A stretch of 64,000 nt of DNA, from contig JBGUOB010000021.1 of assembly GCA_045117755.1 (NCBI GenBank), positions 510-64,509 of the forward strand, written 5' to 3'. A program made the translations under genes and the position numbers. Every line of letters starts with the position of its first letter. Positions within the stretch are counted from its first letter, which is position 1. Of this stretch, positions 63,420-64,000 are shown in pieces. Origin of the DNA: Candidatus Cryptobacteroides sp. (GTDB lineage: Bacteria; Bacteroidota; Bacteroidia; Bacteroidales; UBA932). Under the pieces are notes generated by a model. It ran no database searches. It had not been told where the DNA came from and saw nothing but the letters and a program-made list of their open reading frames with translations.

Positions 63420-64000
63420 ATGGAGAAATCGAAGTTCTTCTCCCGCGCAAAGGCCAATGTCGGCCTGTTCTGTGAAGTCTTCCCGCCCGTGATGGACGGC
63501 GTGTCCGTCTGCATGGAGAATTATGCCTACTGGCTCCAGAAGAAGGTGGGCGGCGTGGCCGTCGTCACGCCCCACGTCCCGAAGGCGGACTACAGCGTGC
63601 ATGAGTATAAGGTCTTCGACTACATGTCCATTCCGGTGCCCAAGCGGCGCCCGTACATGACCGGCATTGCGGCGTTCGACCCGACCTACCTGGCCAAGAT
63701 CGCCACGACGCGCTTCAAGATCGTGCACGCGCATACGCCTTTTTCCGCCGGTTCGGCGGCGCTGAGCATCTCCCGCGCGCAGAAGATTCCGCTCGTGGCC
63801 ACGTTCCACTCCAAGTACCGCGACGACTTCAGCAAGATCCTGCCGAAGCTGGTCGTGGATATGATGATTGACTCCGTCGTGGACTTCTTCGAGCGCGCCG
63901 ACCTGGTCTGGGTGCCGCAGGAGTCGGTCATCGACGTACTTCGCGAATATGGCTACAAGGGCCACGTGGAAGTGATGGACAACGGTTCCGACCTCGTGGC
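63420..64000 (+). CDS. GT4-family glycosyltransferase (partial, runs off the window end)
   Basis: Not in the ORF track. MEKSKFF...FCEVFPPVMDGVS...IVHAHTPFSAG...IPLVATFHSKY; ATG 1 nt after the upstream stop. Confidence 0.85.
   Translation, partial: MEKSKFFSRAKANVGLFCEVFPPVMDGVSVCMENYAYWLQKKVGGVAVVTPHVPKADYSVHEYKVFDYMSIPVPKRRPYMTGIAAFDPTYLAKIATTRFKIVHAHTPFSAGSAALSISRAQKIPLVATFHSKYRDDFSKILPKLVVDMMIDSVVDFFERADLVWVPQESVIDVLREYGYKGHVEVMDNGSDLV

Overview
Core-genome window of a high-GC Bacteroidales bacterium. The taxon is inferred from TAnnTTTG -7 promoter elements, the Bat operon and Bacteroidetes-type ParC/RpoBC; a rumen/gut lineage such as Ca. Cryptobacteroides is plausible but unproven. Left part (mostly minus strand): a 2-oxoacid dehydrogenase cluster (E2-E3-E1) downstream of the canonical tRNA(Thr,Tyr,Gly,Thr)-tuf-tRNA(Trp)-secE-nusG-rplKAJL-rpoBC operon, then dxs, an MFS transporter, ssb and aroK. 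A visibly AT-richer accessory patch (~20.8-25.9 kb) holds higBA, a CPBP protease, a PPC/DUF296 protein, three small ORFs (39, 58 and 64 aa; two fall below the ORF-track cutoff), a secreted 130-aa protein and a membrane TPR-HTH regulator. Then come recJ/lysS/TrmH-family/aroE, parC-era-rluB-tonB-exbD-exbB, the moxR-DUF58-bat operon (batD and batE fused), truA, an S66 peptidase, alpha-2-macroglobulin, folC, a degenerate PurL-like fragment, PhoH2, ppdK, DUF389, an uncharacterised EF-hand membrane protein and a partial GT4. The most unusual signal is non-genic: two dispersed palindromic repeat families that also sit in-frame inside housekeeping genes. One is a ~120-nt multi-stem element with compensatory base changes and GNA mini-hairpins, found after ssb and inside the TrmH-family gene. 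The other is a ~30-nt (C)GTC-tagged REP-like element, found inside truA, as a doublet inside the parC tail, and intergenic after ppdK. No transposase, integrase, CRISPR array or rRNA was seen.
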